Assembly (NCBI GenBank): GCA_040218735.1
Contig: JAVJQW010000023.1
Span: 640,001-704,000 of the forward strand
Direction: 5' to 3'
From: Deltaproteobacteria bacterium
Lineage (GTDB): Bacteria; Myxococcota; Kuafuiibacteriia; Kuafuiibacteriales; Kuafuiibacteriaceae
DNA length: 64,000 nt
Below, piece by piece: positions 28,201 to 38,740 of the stretch. The position numbers and the translations under genes are program-made. Below the pieces are notes generated by a model, which had not been told where the DNA came from, ran no database searches, and saw only the letters and a program-made list of their open reading frames with translations. Positions within the stretch are counted from its first letter, which is position 1. Each line of letters begins with the position of its first letter.

Positions 28201-29244
28201 TCAGGGGAGGCGCTTCGAGATGAACGGCCCGAACGCCTTGGTCAGGCCGACCGGGAGCCGCTTCCAGGTGTCGATCGCCTTGGCGTACTTCGGGTTCGTG
28301 GGGTTGAAGTTCGGGGGTTCGTCGATCGTGACGAGGTCGTACTGGTAGGCGAGCGGCTGCGGCTCCATGCCGAAGTGTTTCTTGAACTTGAACGCGCCCG
28401 TCCCGGCCTTGCTCCGGCCGAAGTCGAACACGCGGTAGCCGAGGTCGTAGCCGGTCTCGAGCATCGCCCAGTAGATGTAGTTGTTGACGCCGACGTCGCG
28501 CGCCTCGGGGAGCGTGCCCGCGAAGAACGGGAGCATCACGTCCTTGAAGTAGAAGTTCATCACGCAGCCGATGATTCGGCCGGTCTGCCGCACCGTCAGG
28601 AGGTCACAGCGATCGCCGAGCTCCTCGAGCGCCGCGACGAACAGCTCGCGAGGGAACATCGGCGTCCCGAGGTTCCTCAGCGAGAGCGCGTACAGATCGA
28701 TGAACGCGTCGAGGTCCTCGCGGTTGTAACGCGCTCGCAGCTTCGAACGCTCGGCCTCCCTCAGCACCGCGCGTGTCTTGCGAGGAATCGCCGACATCTG
28801 CTGGTCGCGATCCCCGAAGAGCTCCTGCCGGAACGTGAAGTACAGGTCGCCCTTCGTGTAGAGGTGCTCGAAGCGCTGCGTCTCGGACTTCAGCTCGACG
28901 TACGCGAGGCCTTCGCGCTCCGCCACCGCGTGTGCGCCGTCGAGCAGCATCCGGGCGATGGTGTCGTCGTCGGCGAGCACGCCGCCGCCGACGCCGACGG
29001 GCACCGAGACCAACGCGCGCGTGAACGGCTTGCCGCCCGACTCGTACGCAGGGAGGACGCCGACGATCGCGCCACCCCGTTCGACGTAGAGGAGGTGACT
29101 CGGCCGACCGTACGTCCGGCGCAAGACCCGACGCCACTCGACGAGGTGATAGAACGTGCCGTCGGGGTGGGACTCGACGTACCGGTTCCACCGCGGATCC
29201 TCGACGTCGTCGTCGAGCGCCCGGAGCACCAGCGGTTGCGCCAC
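28201..29244 (-). CDS. FemAB-related GNAT protein (XrtA/PEP-CTERM-associated)
   Basis: WNRYVESHPDGTFYH, IPRKTRA, RNLGTP, FDFGRSKAGTGAFKFKKHFG, NPTNPKY. Confidence 0.88.
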   Translation of the reverse strand: MAQPLVLRALDDDVEDPRWNRYVESHPDGTFYHLVEWRRVLRRTYGRPSHLLYVERGGAIVGVLPAYESGGKPFTRALVSVPVGVGGGVLADDDTIARMLLDGAHAVAEREGLAYVELKSETQRFEHLYTKGDLYFTFRQELFGDRDQQMSAIPRKTRAVLREAERSKLRARYNREDLDAFIDLYALSLRNLGTPMFPRELFVAALEELGDRCDLLTVRQTGRIIGCVMNFYFKDVMLPFFAGTLPEARDVGVNNYIYWAMLETGYDLGYRVFDFGRSKAGTGAFKFKKHFGMEPQPLAYQYDLVTIDEPPNFNPTNPKYAKAIDTWKRLPVGLTKAFGPFISKRLP

Positions 29245-29307
29245 GGCGACGTCATAACGTCGCGCGCGATCGGACGCAAACCTCGTTCGGCTCCGCGTCG
29301 ATGTTTC

Positions 29308-30501
29308 TCAGTAGGGGTCCGCGACGAGGTTCTGCGGCGCGTTCTCGTCGTAGTACTTCAGCGACGTCATGACCTCGGTGCTCGAGATCCAGTCCACGCC
29401 GTGCCCACGTGACAGCAGCTGCGGGGGCGCACCGTCCTCACGCGCGGCCGGGTGGGCGACCTGCGTGGTGTCGATGATCTTTCGCAGCGTACGCGCGAGT
29501 ACATTGAAGCGAACCGCGCGGACATCCGACCACCCGGCGGCGGTCCCCCCGTTGGGCGCTGCAACCCCGGCGGGGTTCGTGAACAGCCACGAGGTCGTGA
29601 TGTCGACCGGGGCGGCGATGAACCGCTGATAGTCCGCCGACATCCCGAGCGCGATCTGGAAGTCCTCCACACCGGGGCTGATGGCGTTCTGGAGCGTGGT
29701 CGCGTCGTTGACCATGACGCGGCCCTGCACGATCGAGGAGGCGTCCGTCCGGTCGTCGATGTCCGAGCGCACCAGCCACCCGTTCGAATCGACGAAGTAC
29801 GTGCTGATGCGAGCGCACATCACCCGTGCGCCGGGTGCGACGGTGAATGGGAAGCCCGTGCCACCGGCCAGGATCGTGATGCCGGTGGCGTCCCACGAGG
29901 CGAGGAACGCCACCAAGGCGCGCCCCGCGCCGGACGGGCCGGAGTTGTCGACGATGTAGACCAGCCGGTCGACCCCAGCGCAGGGCGGAACGATCTGGGC
30001 CGGCGCTGGGAGCGCCGGATCCGCACCCGCGTTGTACGGCAACATCGCCATCGTGCTGTTGCCCTGGCGACCGAACCCAGCCGACACCGCGGACGAGCTC
30101 GGGTCGGGGACGACGAGCTGGAGCAGGTCGGTGTTCGCGCGGACCGTCAGGCCCCCCGCCCCCACGGCCGCAACGTTCGTCTCACCCGTGACCGCCGGAA
30201 TGGCCCAGTAGCCGTTCGGGGTCTGGTACCGCACCGTGTTGAACGGGATGCCACCGCCCGGATCCACGAACGCGATGGCACCGGTCGAACCGAGGCCCGC
30301 GACGCGGATGTCCGCGCGGAGCTGCTGCGTGACGGAGTGCGTCCGCGAGTGGAAGTCCGTGCGCTCGCGCCCCTTCGCGGACTGCTTGATCACGACCTGC
30401 GCGACCTTGGCCGCGACCGCGATGCTGATGACGCCGATCAGCCCGGCGACCATCACCTCGATCAGCGTGAAGCCCCGCTGCCGACGCAGACGACGAGACA
30501 T
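29308..30501 (-). CDS. Type IV minor pilin, PilW-like
   Basis: Prepilin motif RGFTLIEVMVA, LRADIRVAG, GVEDFQIALG. Confidence 0.8.
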   Translation of the reverse strand: MSRRLRRQRGFTLIEVMVAGLIGVISIAVAAKVAQVVIKQSAKGRERTDFHSRTHSVTQQLRADIRVAGLGSTGAIAFVDPGGGIPFNTVRYQTPNGYWAIPAVTGETNVAAVGAGGLTVRANTDLLQLVVPDPSSSAVSAGFGRQGNSTMAMLPYNAGADPALPAPAQIVPPCAGVDRLVYIVDNSGPSGAGRALVAFLASWDATGITILAGGTGFPFTVAPGARVMCARISTYFVDSNGWLVRSDIDDRTDASSIVQGRVMVNDATTLQNAISPGVEDFQIALGMSADYQRFIAAPVDITTSWLFTNPAGVAAPNGGTAAGWSDVRAVRFNVLARTLRKIIDTTQVAHPAAREDGAPPQLLSRGHGVDWISSTEVMTSLKYYDENAPQNLVADPY

Positions 30502-31076
30502 CAGAAGAAGGCCCCGCGCGACAGCCCGCTGTCGTAGTTCGGAGCGCACAACTTCTGCACCGGGTAGTTGCGGATCCACGGCGCGTTCTCGAGGTTCGGA
30601 TCGTCCTTCGCCACGTCACCCATGACCTGACGGATGCGGACTTCGATCAGGAGCGTGGGCGGAGGCTGGGCGCCGAGGCCGGGGGCGGGCGTCGCGTCGG
30701 TCACGCGGTAGTCGGCGATCATCGCCGGGACGTAGTCCTGCATCACCGGATCCGTCGGGACCCCCAACGCCGTGATCGCGGAGCCGGCGGCGGGCGCGGT
30801 CACCCAGGCGCCGAGGACGTTCAGCCCCGGATCCGCGATGATCGGGAACGCGGCGTCGTTGGCGTCGTACTCACAGCGCGCGTCGCGGATCTGCGCCGAG
30901 ATGCGCGTGTAGAGATCCAGCGCGTTGTTGTTGAACGCGAGCGACTGGTTGGCGTCGAGGACGTTGTTGATCATCCCGAACAGCGCGGCGACGCCCGTGG
31001 CGAACACGGCGAGGGAGATGACGGCCTCGAGTAGCGTCATGCCGGCTCGGCTGCGTCTCGGCAAACGACGGCGCAT
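30501..31076 (-). CDS. Type IV minor pilin, PilV-like
   Basis: Prepilin motif AGMTLLEAVISLAVF; overlapping stop/start with both neighbours. Confidence 0.78.
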   Translation of the reverse strand: MRRRLPRRSRAGMTLLEAVISLAVFATGVAALFGMINNVLDANQSLAFNNNALDLYTRISAQIRDARCEYDANDAAFPIIADPGLNVLGAWVTAPAAGSAITALGVPTDPVMQDYVPAMIADYRVTDATPAPGLGAQPPPTLLIEVRIRQVMGDVAKDDPNLENAPWIRNYPVQKLCAPNYDSGLSRGAFF

Positions 31077-31672
31077 CACACGTCCTCGTTGCACGGCGTC
31101 GCCGCCGGCGGGCTGAGCTCGGAGGAGGAGCACATCACTCCGGACGGCAGCACGGAGAAGCCGTAGGGGCGAGATGGGTCGACGGTGCCCACGGCGAGGA
31201 TCGTGATCCACCCGCCGCCGGGCAACCCGGCCAGGCGACCGTTGGAAGTGAACTGGAAGGTGCCGGGCGGCGTGGTGATCTGCGCGGTACCGTCGGTGCG
31301 AACGTCCAGGTCGAAGATCTCGCACTCCACGGTGAGCGTCGTGCGACCGTCGGGGAGCGTCGCGGGGACGAGCGCGACCGGCACCTCGACCTGCGCCGCG
31401 TCGATGACCCGGACCTCGATGAAGTTGTTCGTCCCACCGCAGCTGCCACCGTTGGTGAGCGCCGGGGTCCCGATCCGCGCCCCCGCCACCAGCGCGAGCG
31501 TCTGGGCCTTGGCGATCATCCCCCGGAGGTGGACGACGGCGCGCTCGGCGTTCAGGCGACCGCGGGTGCGCTGGATGCTCGACACCGCGATGGTGGCGAG
31601 CACGGCGATGATGGCCACGACGACCATGGCCTCGAGGAGCGTGAAGCCCCGGCGAGCGGATCGTTTCGACAC
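31076..31672 (-). CDS. Type IV minor pilin, FimT/FimU-like
   Basis: RGFTLLEAMVVVAIIAVLATIA, AKAQTLA, FTSNG. Confidence 0.8.
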   Translation of the reverse strand: MSKRSARRGFTLLEAMVVVAIIAVLATIAVSSIQRTRGRLNAERAVVHLRGMIAKAQTLALVAGARIGTPALTNGGSCGGTNNFIEVRVIDAAQVEVPVALVPATLPDGRTTLTVECEIFDLDVRTDGTAQITTPPGTFQFTSNGRLAGLPGGGWITILAVGTVDPSRPYGFSVLPSGVMCSSSELSPPAATPCNEDV

Positions 31673-31779
31673 GGTCGGGGACCTCTGCAGACCCCGTTCC
31701 CGCGGGCGCCGCCAGCCGAAATGCCGGCCTGCGCGCAATGCGCTTCGTTCCCTACATGCAGGGGTTGTCGTCGTGCTCC

Positions 31780-32961
31780 TCACGCCTCGGCATCGAGATT
31801 ATAGCCGAGCTCGACGTCCGGACCGAGCCGGTTGATGAGGTGCTGCTTCAGGCGCTTCCGCATCGCCTGGACGATCTGCCCCATCCGCTGCTTCGTGACC
31901 CCGAATTGCTCCCCGAGCTCCGACAGGGACATCGGATCCTCGGACATCAGGTGCTTCTCCCAAGCCATGCGCTCCCGGTCGTCTTTGAGGGTCGTCGCGA
32001 ACTCCGCGAGCGCCTCGCTCACGTCGTTGGCGAACTCGTTGCGGAAGGCCTCGGCCTCGGGCGAAGCGCTCGCGGCCGAGAACCCGTCGAGGATGGTCGC
32101 GCCCGACACGTCGTCGGTGTGGGCCGGGGCGTCGAGGCGAACCTCCGACTGGTCCATGTGTTTCACGACCTCCTCGAGGTCGGCTTGCTTCACGTTCAGG
32201 CGCTCCGCGAGGAGCTTCGGCCCGGGCTCGATGCCCTGCGCACGCAGCTTCGCGCGCTCGCGGGCGAGCTGGAAGAACAGCTTCCGCCCCACGCGTGTGC
32301 GCGAGATCCGCACCGTGCGCGAGTGCTCGAGCAGGTACCGGAGCATGTACGCGCGGATCCAGAAGGTCGCGTACGTAGAGAACTTCGCGCCCTTGAACGG
32401 GTCGAACCGGTCGACCGCCTCCACCAACCCGACGTTCCCCTCCTGGATGAGGTCCAACACACTCGCCCACGCGCGGCGGTACTTGTAGGCCATCTTCACG
32501 ACGAGGCGCAGGTTGTGAACGACGAGCTTGCGGGCCGCGACCGGGTCCTGCCGCTCGTAGTAGGCCATCGTCAGCTCGCGCTCCTCCTCGGGGTTGAGGA
32601 CGGGGTACTTGCCGACCTGCGCGAGGAACGCGTCGAGCGCGCTCGCGCGATCCCGGGCGCGGACGGCCGGAACACTCGCTGCCGTCGTCGTGACGGCACG
32701 CGACGGGAGCGAGGGCGTGGTCCCGACGTCGACGACGACGTCGGAGTCATCGTTGTCGTCGTCGGAGCTATCGGAGGCCGACGAAGCGGAAGAGTCGTCC
32801 TCCGACCGCGTCTTCTTGACGGCCTTCGCCTTCGCGCGGCGCTTCCGAGGCGGCGGTGGAGCGGGGTTCGGGGCGGACGGCCCCGAGTCGTCACTCGCGG
32901 CCGGCGCATGGGCGGTCGCGCCCTCGTCCTCGACGGGCGGATTCTTGGAGTCCTCGGCCAC
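31780..32961 (-). CDS. rpoH: Sigma-32 (RpoH)-like RNA polymerase sigma factor with N-terminal disordered extension
   Basis: LVVHNLRLVVK, DLIQEGNVGL, FSTYATFWIRA, RpoH-box-like RKLFFQL, ELGEQFGVTKQR. Confidence 0.8.
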   Translation of the reverse strand: MAEDSKNPPVEDEGATAHAPAASDDSGPSAPNPAPPPPRKRRAKAKAVKKTRSEDDSSASSASDSSDDDNDDSDVVVDVGTTPSLPSRAVTTTAASVPAVRARDRASALDAFLAQVGKYPVLNPEEERELTMAYYERQDPVAARKLVVHNLRLVVKMAYKYRRAWASVLDLIQEGNVGLVEAVDRFDPFKGAKFSTYATFWIRAYMLRYLLEHSRTVRISRTRVGRKLFFQLARERAKLRAQGIEPGPKLLAERLNVKQADLEEVVKHMDQSEVRLDAPAHTDDVSGATILDGFSAASASPEAEAFRNEFANDVSEALAEFATTLKDDRERMAWEKHLMSEDPMSLSELGEQFGVTKQRMGQIVQAMRKRLKQHLINRLGPDVELGYNLDAEA

Positions 32962-33011
32962 TCGGGCCCTACTCAAGTGCCTGAACCGACCAGCGTCAAG
33001 CCAAGGTGTCC

Positions 33012-36000
33012 TCAGGGGAGGAACGAGACCATCGCCTGCTCGGGGAACCCGTCCGGACGCGGCGGACGCGGGCGCCCGTCACAGTTCGGGGAGCACCCCA
33101 GCGCCTCGATCCCGCGGTCGCCCGGGCCGTCCTCGATGCCCGCGGACCCGCTGAGCGCCGACGGCACCTGGCCTTCGGTCTCGGAGTCCGCGTAACGGAA
33201 CTGGATCTCGCCGGTCTCGTAGAGCGCGATCTGGAAGGTCAGGCGCCGGTGGCGGTTCGAGAAGTGGTTCTGCGGCCGAATGTCGCGCCACTGCACCACG
33301 ACCACGCGGCTCGGCGCCGTCCCCTGGACCTCCCAGCTGATGTCCGCCCCGCCCGGGATGCTGTCGTCCAGGTACAGGTCGTCCCACCAGGCCGCGATGA
33401 CGCCGTCCGGCGTGTCGGTGGACGGGATGGCGTCGTTCTCCCAGCTGTCGCCGGGGGTGATCGGCGACATCGACAAGAAGCCGTTCACGCTGACGTAGAC
33501 CTCCGTGGCCGGCACGTCCCAGTAGTTGAACGTGAACGGCAGCGTGACGACCGCCGTGCCGTCGTCGAACGGATCCTGGCCGCCGGTGAACGTGAGCGTC
33601 GACCCGTTCGTGAGCGGGACGTACGCCTGCGAGACGAGGCCCTGGGAGACGTAGAAGCGGCACGTCGCCGGGCAGCCGTCGCCGCCCACGGTGTTGCCGT
33701 CGTCGCACTCCTCGACGCCGATCTGAATCACGCCGTCGCCGCACGCCGCCGCGGCGCAGTTCGGCAGGCACGCGTCGGTGCTGACGAGGTTGCCGTCGTC
33801 GCACGCTTCCGTGCCGACCGCGACGAAGCCGTCGCCGCAGACCGCGTCGAAGCAGTCGACGCAGAGGTCGTCGTCCGCGCCGTTCATGTCGTCGCACTGC
33901 TCGCCGGTGTCGACCGTGCCGTCGCCGCAGGTCGGCGAGACGCAGCGCGCGTCGTACGCGACGGTGATCGTGCCGCCCGCGGGTGCGATCGTCGGGTCGG
34001 TGAGCACGACGCGGTTCGTGACGGCCTCATACGCGAAGTCTTCGGCGCCGAGGGTCATCGCGCCGACCTGCACGCCGATCGTGGTGATCACCGGCTGCGT
34101 CGACAGCGCCACCGACGAGCCGCCGAGGATGCTCGCCATCGCGGCCTGCACGTTCTCGCGCATGTTCGCGCAGTACGACAGCAGCGTGCCGCGGCTCCCG
34201 ACGCGCGCCGTGAGCTCCGCGTAACGCGCGCCGACCTGACCGATGCCGTACGGGCCGTTGCAGTCCGGCGCGACCGCGGGGCCGACGATCGACACGATGT
34301 GCAGGCGCCCCTGGCCCGCGGCGCCGCGCAGCACAGCGACGGACGTTTGGACGTTGAGGTCCGAGAAGTCGTTTTCGTCGGAGAGGATGAAGACCGCGAG
34401 GTCGGCGTCGTCGCGGAGGAATCCAGCGTTTTCGTTCTCGACGAGCGGCGAGGTCAGCGCGGCCCGCGCCGCCGCGATGCCCTGCTCGTCGCCGCTCCCC
34501 TCGATGCCCGGGACGAAGCGCGCCTCGAGCGTTCCGAGGAGATCGGTCGACATCGCGTCGAGGACCGCGGGCGACCCCTGGAAGCGACCGCTCTTCGCGC
34601 CGTCCTCCATGTCCGTGGTGACGACCGCGACGTGAACGTCGGCCTCACGCTGTTGGAACGCGTCCGTGATGATGTCCGCCGCCTCCGACAGCGCGGCCTG
34701 GGAGTCGGCCATCGAGCAGGAGTCGTCGACGACGAAGAGCACGTCCACCTTGCGCCGCCCGAGCACGATCGCGTCGGTGCGCGCCACGTCCGCGACGCCC
34801 TCGCCGGTGAGCGGCACGAGGATGGGCGTCGTCGAGCCGCTCGTGACGATGCGGAGCGCGGCGTCGCTGCGGCCGAGGTTCGACGGATCGAAGGAGACGA
34901 CGATGTCGCTCGTCTCGAAGAAGTCGAGCTGCGCGGGCACACTCGCGCTCTCGATCGCGAAGCCCGCGTTCGCAGGCACGATCGACACGTTCACCGCGGA
35001 CCCGATCCCCATGCTGACGTTCTGCATCTGCACGATCCGCGTCGCGGCCTCGGCGCAGCCCAGCGCGACATCACCGAAGTCGACGATCTCCGGCGACACC
35101 TGCAGCGGCGACGGGCCGGCGGATCCAGCCATCGCGACCTGGAGCGCAGGGGTGCCGGGGTTCGCGAACGACACGTCGAGCTCCGCCATCGCGACGCCCG
35201 GTGAGGTCGGCGCAAACGCCGCGACGAGCTCGAGCGCCTCGCCGGCCGCCACGGCGGTCCCCGGCGCGGGCAGATCGAAGACGCGGAACCCGTCGTCGGA
35301 GCCCGGGAGGAACGACACGCCGCGGAAGAGGCATGCTTCGCTGCCGGTGTTGTCGACGATGACCCGCGCCTCGCGCTGCTGACCGACGGCGGTCAGCCCG
35401 AACTCGACGGTGTCGGGGACGATCGTCGCGGAGCACGCGCCGATCATGACGGCCTCGCCGGTGAGAGCGACGTCGATCGTGGGCTGGTCCGGGTCGTTCG
35501 TGGTCAAGGTGAGCGTCCCGCTCTTCGCGCCCGCGCTCGACGGCATCAGCTGCACTTCGACCGCGCCGGACTCGCCGACGGGGATCACGAGGTCGCCCCC
35601 CGCGACGATGAACTCGGCGTTGTCGGACACGCCGCGGACGAGCGCGTCTTCGAAGCCGGTGTTGGTGCACGTGACGAACGCGGGGATCGCCGCGCCGACG
35701 CCGACCATCCCGTAGTCGATCGCCGTGGGGGTGCACGCGAGGTCGGCGCCGCCCCCGCGGCCGGTGAGCGCGGTGCGGTGCTCGGTCTCGAACGGCTCGA
35801 ACGTGAACACGACCAGCTCGCCGGTGTGGTCGCCGACGTCGTCGGGGCAGTAGACGACGCGCACGTCGAGGGTGTCGTCCGGGGCGAGCTCGACGGGGAG
35901 CGCGGGCTGCATGATCGACATCTCTTCGTCGCTGGTCGGGTCGAGCTCGACGGCGGTGATGCGCTCCGTCGCATTGCCGCGGTTCGTGCACACGACGTCG

Positions 36001-36512
36001 CGTGTGACGCAGTCGCCGGGGTTGGCGATGCCGACGTCGAAGGTCGTCGGGCAGTCGAGCCCCGAGGGCGCACCGTCCGCGAGGAGCAAGATGGGTTGCG
36101 GGCAACGCCCCGCGCACGAGTCCACGACGACCACGCCGAGCAGCGGCCCTTCCGCGACGGGCGCGACGTCGATCGTCACGGTCGCGACGCCGCCGGCCTC
36201 GAGGTCGAAGACGCCGTCCGTCTCGGGGACGTTCACGCTGCGGGTGAACTGCGCGCCCTGCGGGCCGGCGATCGGGGAGAGCGCGACGGTCACCGTGTCA
36301 TCGGCGACGTTGGTGATCGTGAGCTCCGCGAAGTCCGTGGTGCCCACGACGACGGCGCCGAGGTCGACGGTGTCGGTGCTGAGCTCGACCATGCCGACCA
36401 TCGGCGCGGCGACGCCGGCGTCACGCGGAGGCTGGAGGTCGGGCGGATCCTCGCCACTGCAGGCGACTGCGGAGAGTGATGAGGCGAGGAGGAGGAAGAG
36501 GACGCGTCGCAC
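33012..36512 (-). CDS. Surface lipoprotein: Ig-like (choice-of-anchor D) repeats, vWA, DUF4215 Cys repeats, nidogen-like C-terminus
   Basis: Lipobox SAVAC; DFG/DYG...N repeats; VDVLFVVDDSCSM MIDAS motif; three CGDG...ECDDGN repeats; LPFTFNYW...VSVNG...IAAWWDDL. Confidence 0.85.
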   Translation of the reverse strand: MRRVLFLLLASSLSAVACSGEDPPDLQPPRDAGVAAPMVGMVELSTDTVDLGAVVVGTTDFAELTITNVADDTVTVALSPIAGPQGAQFTRSVNVPETDGVFDLEAGGVATVTIDVAPVAEGPLLGVVVVDSCAGRCPQPILLLADGAPSGLDCPTTFDVGIANPGDCVTRDVVCTNRGNATERITAVELDPTSDEEMSIMQPALPVELAPDDTLDVRVVYCPDDVGDHTGELVVFTFEPFETEHRTALTGRGGGADLACTPTAIDYGMVGVGAAIPAFVTCTNTGFEDALVRGVSDNAEFIVAGGDLVIPVGESGAVEVQLMPSSAGAKSGTLTLTTNDPDQPTIDVALTGEAVMIGACSATIVPDTVEFGLTAVGQQREARVIVDNTGSEACLFRGVSFLPGSDDGFRVFDLPAPGTAVAAGEALELVAAFAPTSPGVAMAELDVSFANPGTPALQVAMAGSAGPSPLQVSPEIVDFGDVALGCAEAATRIVQMQNVSMGIGSAVNVSIVPANAGFAIESASVPAQLDFFETSDIVVSFDPSNLGRSDAALRIVTSGSTTPILVPLTGEGVADVARTDAIVLGRRKVDVLFVVDDSCSMADSQAALSEAADIITDAFQQREADVHVAVVTTDMEDGAKSGRFQGSPAVLDAMSTDLLGTLEARFVPGIEGSGDEQGIAAARAALTSPLVENENAGFLRDDADLAVFILSDENDFSDLNVQTSVAVLRGAAGQGRLHIVSIVGPAVAPDCNGPYGIGQVGARYAELTARVGSRGTLLSYCANMRENVQAAMASILGGSSVALSTQPVITTIGVQVGAMTLGAEDFAYEAVTNRVVLTDPTIAPAGGTITVAYDARCVSPTCGDGTVDTGEQCDDMNGADDDLCVDCFDAVCGDGFVAVGTEACDDGNLVSTDACLPNCAAAACGDGVIQIGVEECDDGNTVGGDGCPATCRFYVSQGLVSQAYVPLTNGSTLTFTGGQDPFDDGTAVVTLPFTFNYWDVPATEVYVSVNGFLSMSPITPGDSWENDAIPSTDTPDGVIAAWWDDLYLDDSIPGGADISWEVQGTAPSRVVVVQWRDIRPQNHFSNRHRRLTFQIALYETGEIQFRYADSETEGQVPSALSGSAGIEDGPGDRGIEALGCSPNCDGRPRPPRPDGFPEQAMVSFLP

Positions 36513-36562
36513 GGCGCGGTTCTAACACCGCTGCACCGCGTGGGGAATCGTTCTAGACGGGG

Positions 36563-37090
36563 TCAGAGCCCCGCGGTGAAGAGCATCGCGAGTGTGATCT
36601 TCACGTCGAACTCGACGGGCTCCTGGTCGGCCACGCCGATGATGTTCATCTCGATCGCCCCTTCTTCCTCGAAGACGATCTTGTTGAGCTCGGCCTGCTT
36701 CTCCGGGGAGAGCGTGAGGCGGAAGACGTTGTCCTGCTGGACCGGCACGCCCTCCCACTCGGCGACGCCCTGGACCCAGTCCGCGGCGCCTTCCTTACGG
36801 ACGTCCACGCCGCCGACGACCCAGGTCGCCATATTGCGCGGCGGGATGCGCGTGATCTCGACGTCGATCGAGACGATCTCGCCCTCTTGGATCTTGTCCT
36901 TGTTGTTTCGGTAGTCCTCGTTCTCGTTCGGGTCGACGAGCTCGACGCTCTCGAAGTTCGTCTGACCGTCGTCTCCGACGACCTCGGCGAGGATGGTCAC
37001 GGTGCCTTCGAAGTCCGCGGATATGAGGCCACAGCCGACGTTCGCGGAGGCGCCAGCGATCAGAACACAAGACAACAGGGCGTTACGCAT
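36563..37090 (-). CDS. Small putative lipoprotein
   Basis: Signal ending NVGC, acidic beta-rich mature region; start uncertain. Confidence 0.7.
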   Translation of the reverse strand: MRNALLSCVLIAGASANVGCGLISADFEGTVTILAEVVGDDGQTNFESVELVDPNENEDYRNNKDKIQEGEIVSIDVEITRIPPRNMATWVVGGVDVRKEGAADWVQGVAEWEGVPVQQDNVFRLTLSPEKQAELNKIVFEEEGAIEMNIIGVADQEPVEFDVKITLAMLFTAGL

Positions 37091-37186
37091 GACGCCCATT
37101 AGAGACGAAAGAATCGCGCCCACGCAACCCGAGAGCGACGCCGAGACACCGACATCGCTCCGAAATTCATTGAGCTAGGCGCGGTG

Positions 37187-38728
37187 TCACAACACGAGGG
37201 CGATGATCACGATGACCGCCCACGCCGCCCAGTTGATGAAGAACCCAGCCTTCGCCATCTGCGCGATGCGGATCTTGCCGGTGCCGAAGACGATCGCGTT
37301 CGGCCCCGTCGCCGCCGGCATCATGAACGCACACGAGCACGCCAGCGCGACGGGCACCACGAGCGTAGTCGGGTCCATCGCCGCCGCCTTCGCGGTCTCG
37401 GCCAGGATGGGCATGGTGATGTTCGCGAGCGCGGTGTTGCTGATGATCTCCGTCCCGAAGGTCGCCGCGAGGGCGGTCACACCCACGAACACCGAAGGTG
37501 AAGCGTCCGCCAGCCGCCCCAACGTGGCGCCGAGGTAAGCCGACAGCCCCGTCGCATCGAAGCCCTTCGAGAGCGCGACCCCTCCGCCGAAGAGCAGCAC
37601 CAGGCCCCACGGCACCTTCACCGCGACGTGCCACGGGAGGAGCCGCTCCTTCGAGCCGCCACCCGCCGGCAACGCAAACGCGATGCAGGCGACGAGGATC
37701 GCGACCGTGCCGTCGTGAGTGCCGACCAGGCCGAACAGCGACTCCCAGCCGCGCACGCCGACGCGCCCCTTGCCGAGATCGAGCCACGCCACGAGGGTGT
37801 CCCAGCCCGCGAAGTCTTCGGCGCGACCGAGCACGAAGTCCTTCCGCGTAATCCAGAGGATCGCTGCGACGCCGAACACCGCGAGCGACAGGATCTCCGG
37901 CGTGCGCCACTTGCCGAGGCGCTTCAGCTCGTCGCGGATCACGTGCGCGGCGCCGAGGTCGAGGTCCTTCGGGACCTTCGGGTACAGGCGCGTGAGCATC
38001 AGCCACATGATCGGCACGATGATCACCACCGCCGGCAACGCCTCGATCGCCCACGTCACGAACGTGAGCTGCGTGGCGCCGGGGAACTTGTCCGCGATCG
38101 CCGCCATCGCGATCAGGTTCGGGGGCGTCCCGATCGGCGTACCCATCCCGCCGATCGACGCGCCGTAACCCGTGCCGAGCAGCACGGCGATCGTGAAGGC
38201 CTGCGCGACCGGATCGTCGTCGCGCCCCGCGCGCTCCGCGATCGCGATGCCGATCGGCATCATGATCAGCGTCGTCGCGGTGTTCGAGATCCACATCGAC
38301 ATCACCGCCGCCGCGATCGCGAACCCCAGCACCAACCGACGCGGCGACGTCCCCACGATCCGCAGCACGTGGAGCGACAGGCGACGGTGCACCCCCGAGC
38401 GCTCCACCGCGAGCGCCAACAAGAAGCCGCCGAGCAGGAGCAGGATGAACGGCGACGCGTACGCGGGCGCGGTCGCCTTCGCGGTCGCGATGCCCAACAG
38501 CGGGAACGTCGCGAACGGGATCAGCGCGGTGGCGCCGAGCGGGATCGCCTCCGAGATCCACCAGATGCCGACCCACATCGTGACGCCGACGAGGCGGATC
38601 GCTTCGACGGAGAGCCCGTCCGGGCGCGGGAGGACGCCGGCCAGCAGAACGACGCCCAGGCCGGCGAGGAGGCCGGCCCAGAAACCCAGGCGTTGTGAAG
38701 GAGTGACCTCTTCGACGAGCGCGGTCAC
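37187..38728 (-). CDS. SLC13/DASS family Na+:anion symporter
   Basis: WWISEAIP, SMWISNTAT, GTPIGTPPN, LFGGG, SNTA, AFMMPAATGPNAI. Confidence 0.92.
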   Translation of the reverse strand: MTALVEEVTPSQRLGFWAGLLAGLGVVLLAGVLPRPDGLSVEAIRLVGVTMWVGIWWISEAIPLGATALIPFATFPLLGIATAKATAPAYASPFILLLLGGFLLALAVERSGVHRRLSLHVLRIVGTSPRRLVLGFAIAAAVMSMWISNTATTLIMMPIGIAIAERAGRDDDPVAQAFTIAVLLGTGYGASIGGMGTPIGTPPNLIAMAAIADKFPGATQLTFVTWAIEALPAVVIIVPIMWLMLTRLYPKVPKDLDLGAAHVIRDELKRLGKWRTPEILSLAVFGVAAILWITRKDFVLGRAEDFAGWDTLVAWLDLGKGRVGVRGWESLFGLVGTHDGTVAILVACIAFALPAGGGSKERLLPWHVAVKVPWGLVLLFGGGVALSKGFDATGLSAYLGATLGRLADASPSVFVGVTALAATFGTEIISNTALANITMPILAETAKAAAMDPTTLVVPVALACSCAFMMPAATGPNAIVFGTGKIRIAQMAKAGFFINWAAWAVIVIIALVL

Positions 38729-38740
38729 GAGAAGCGACGA

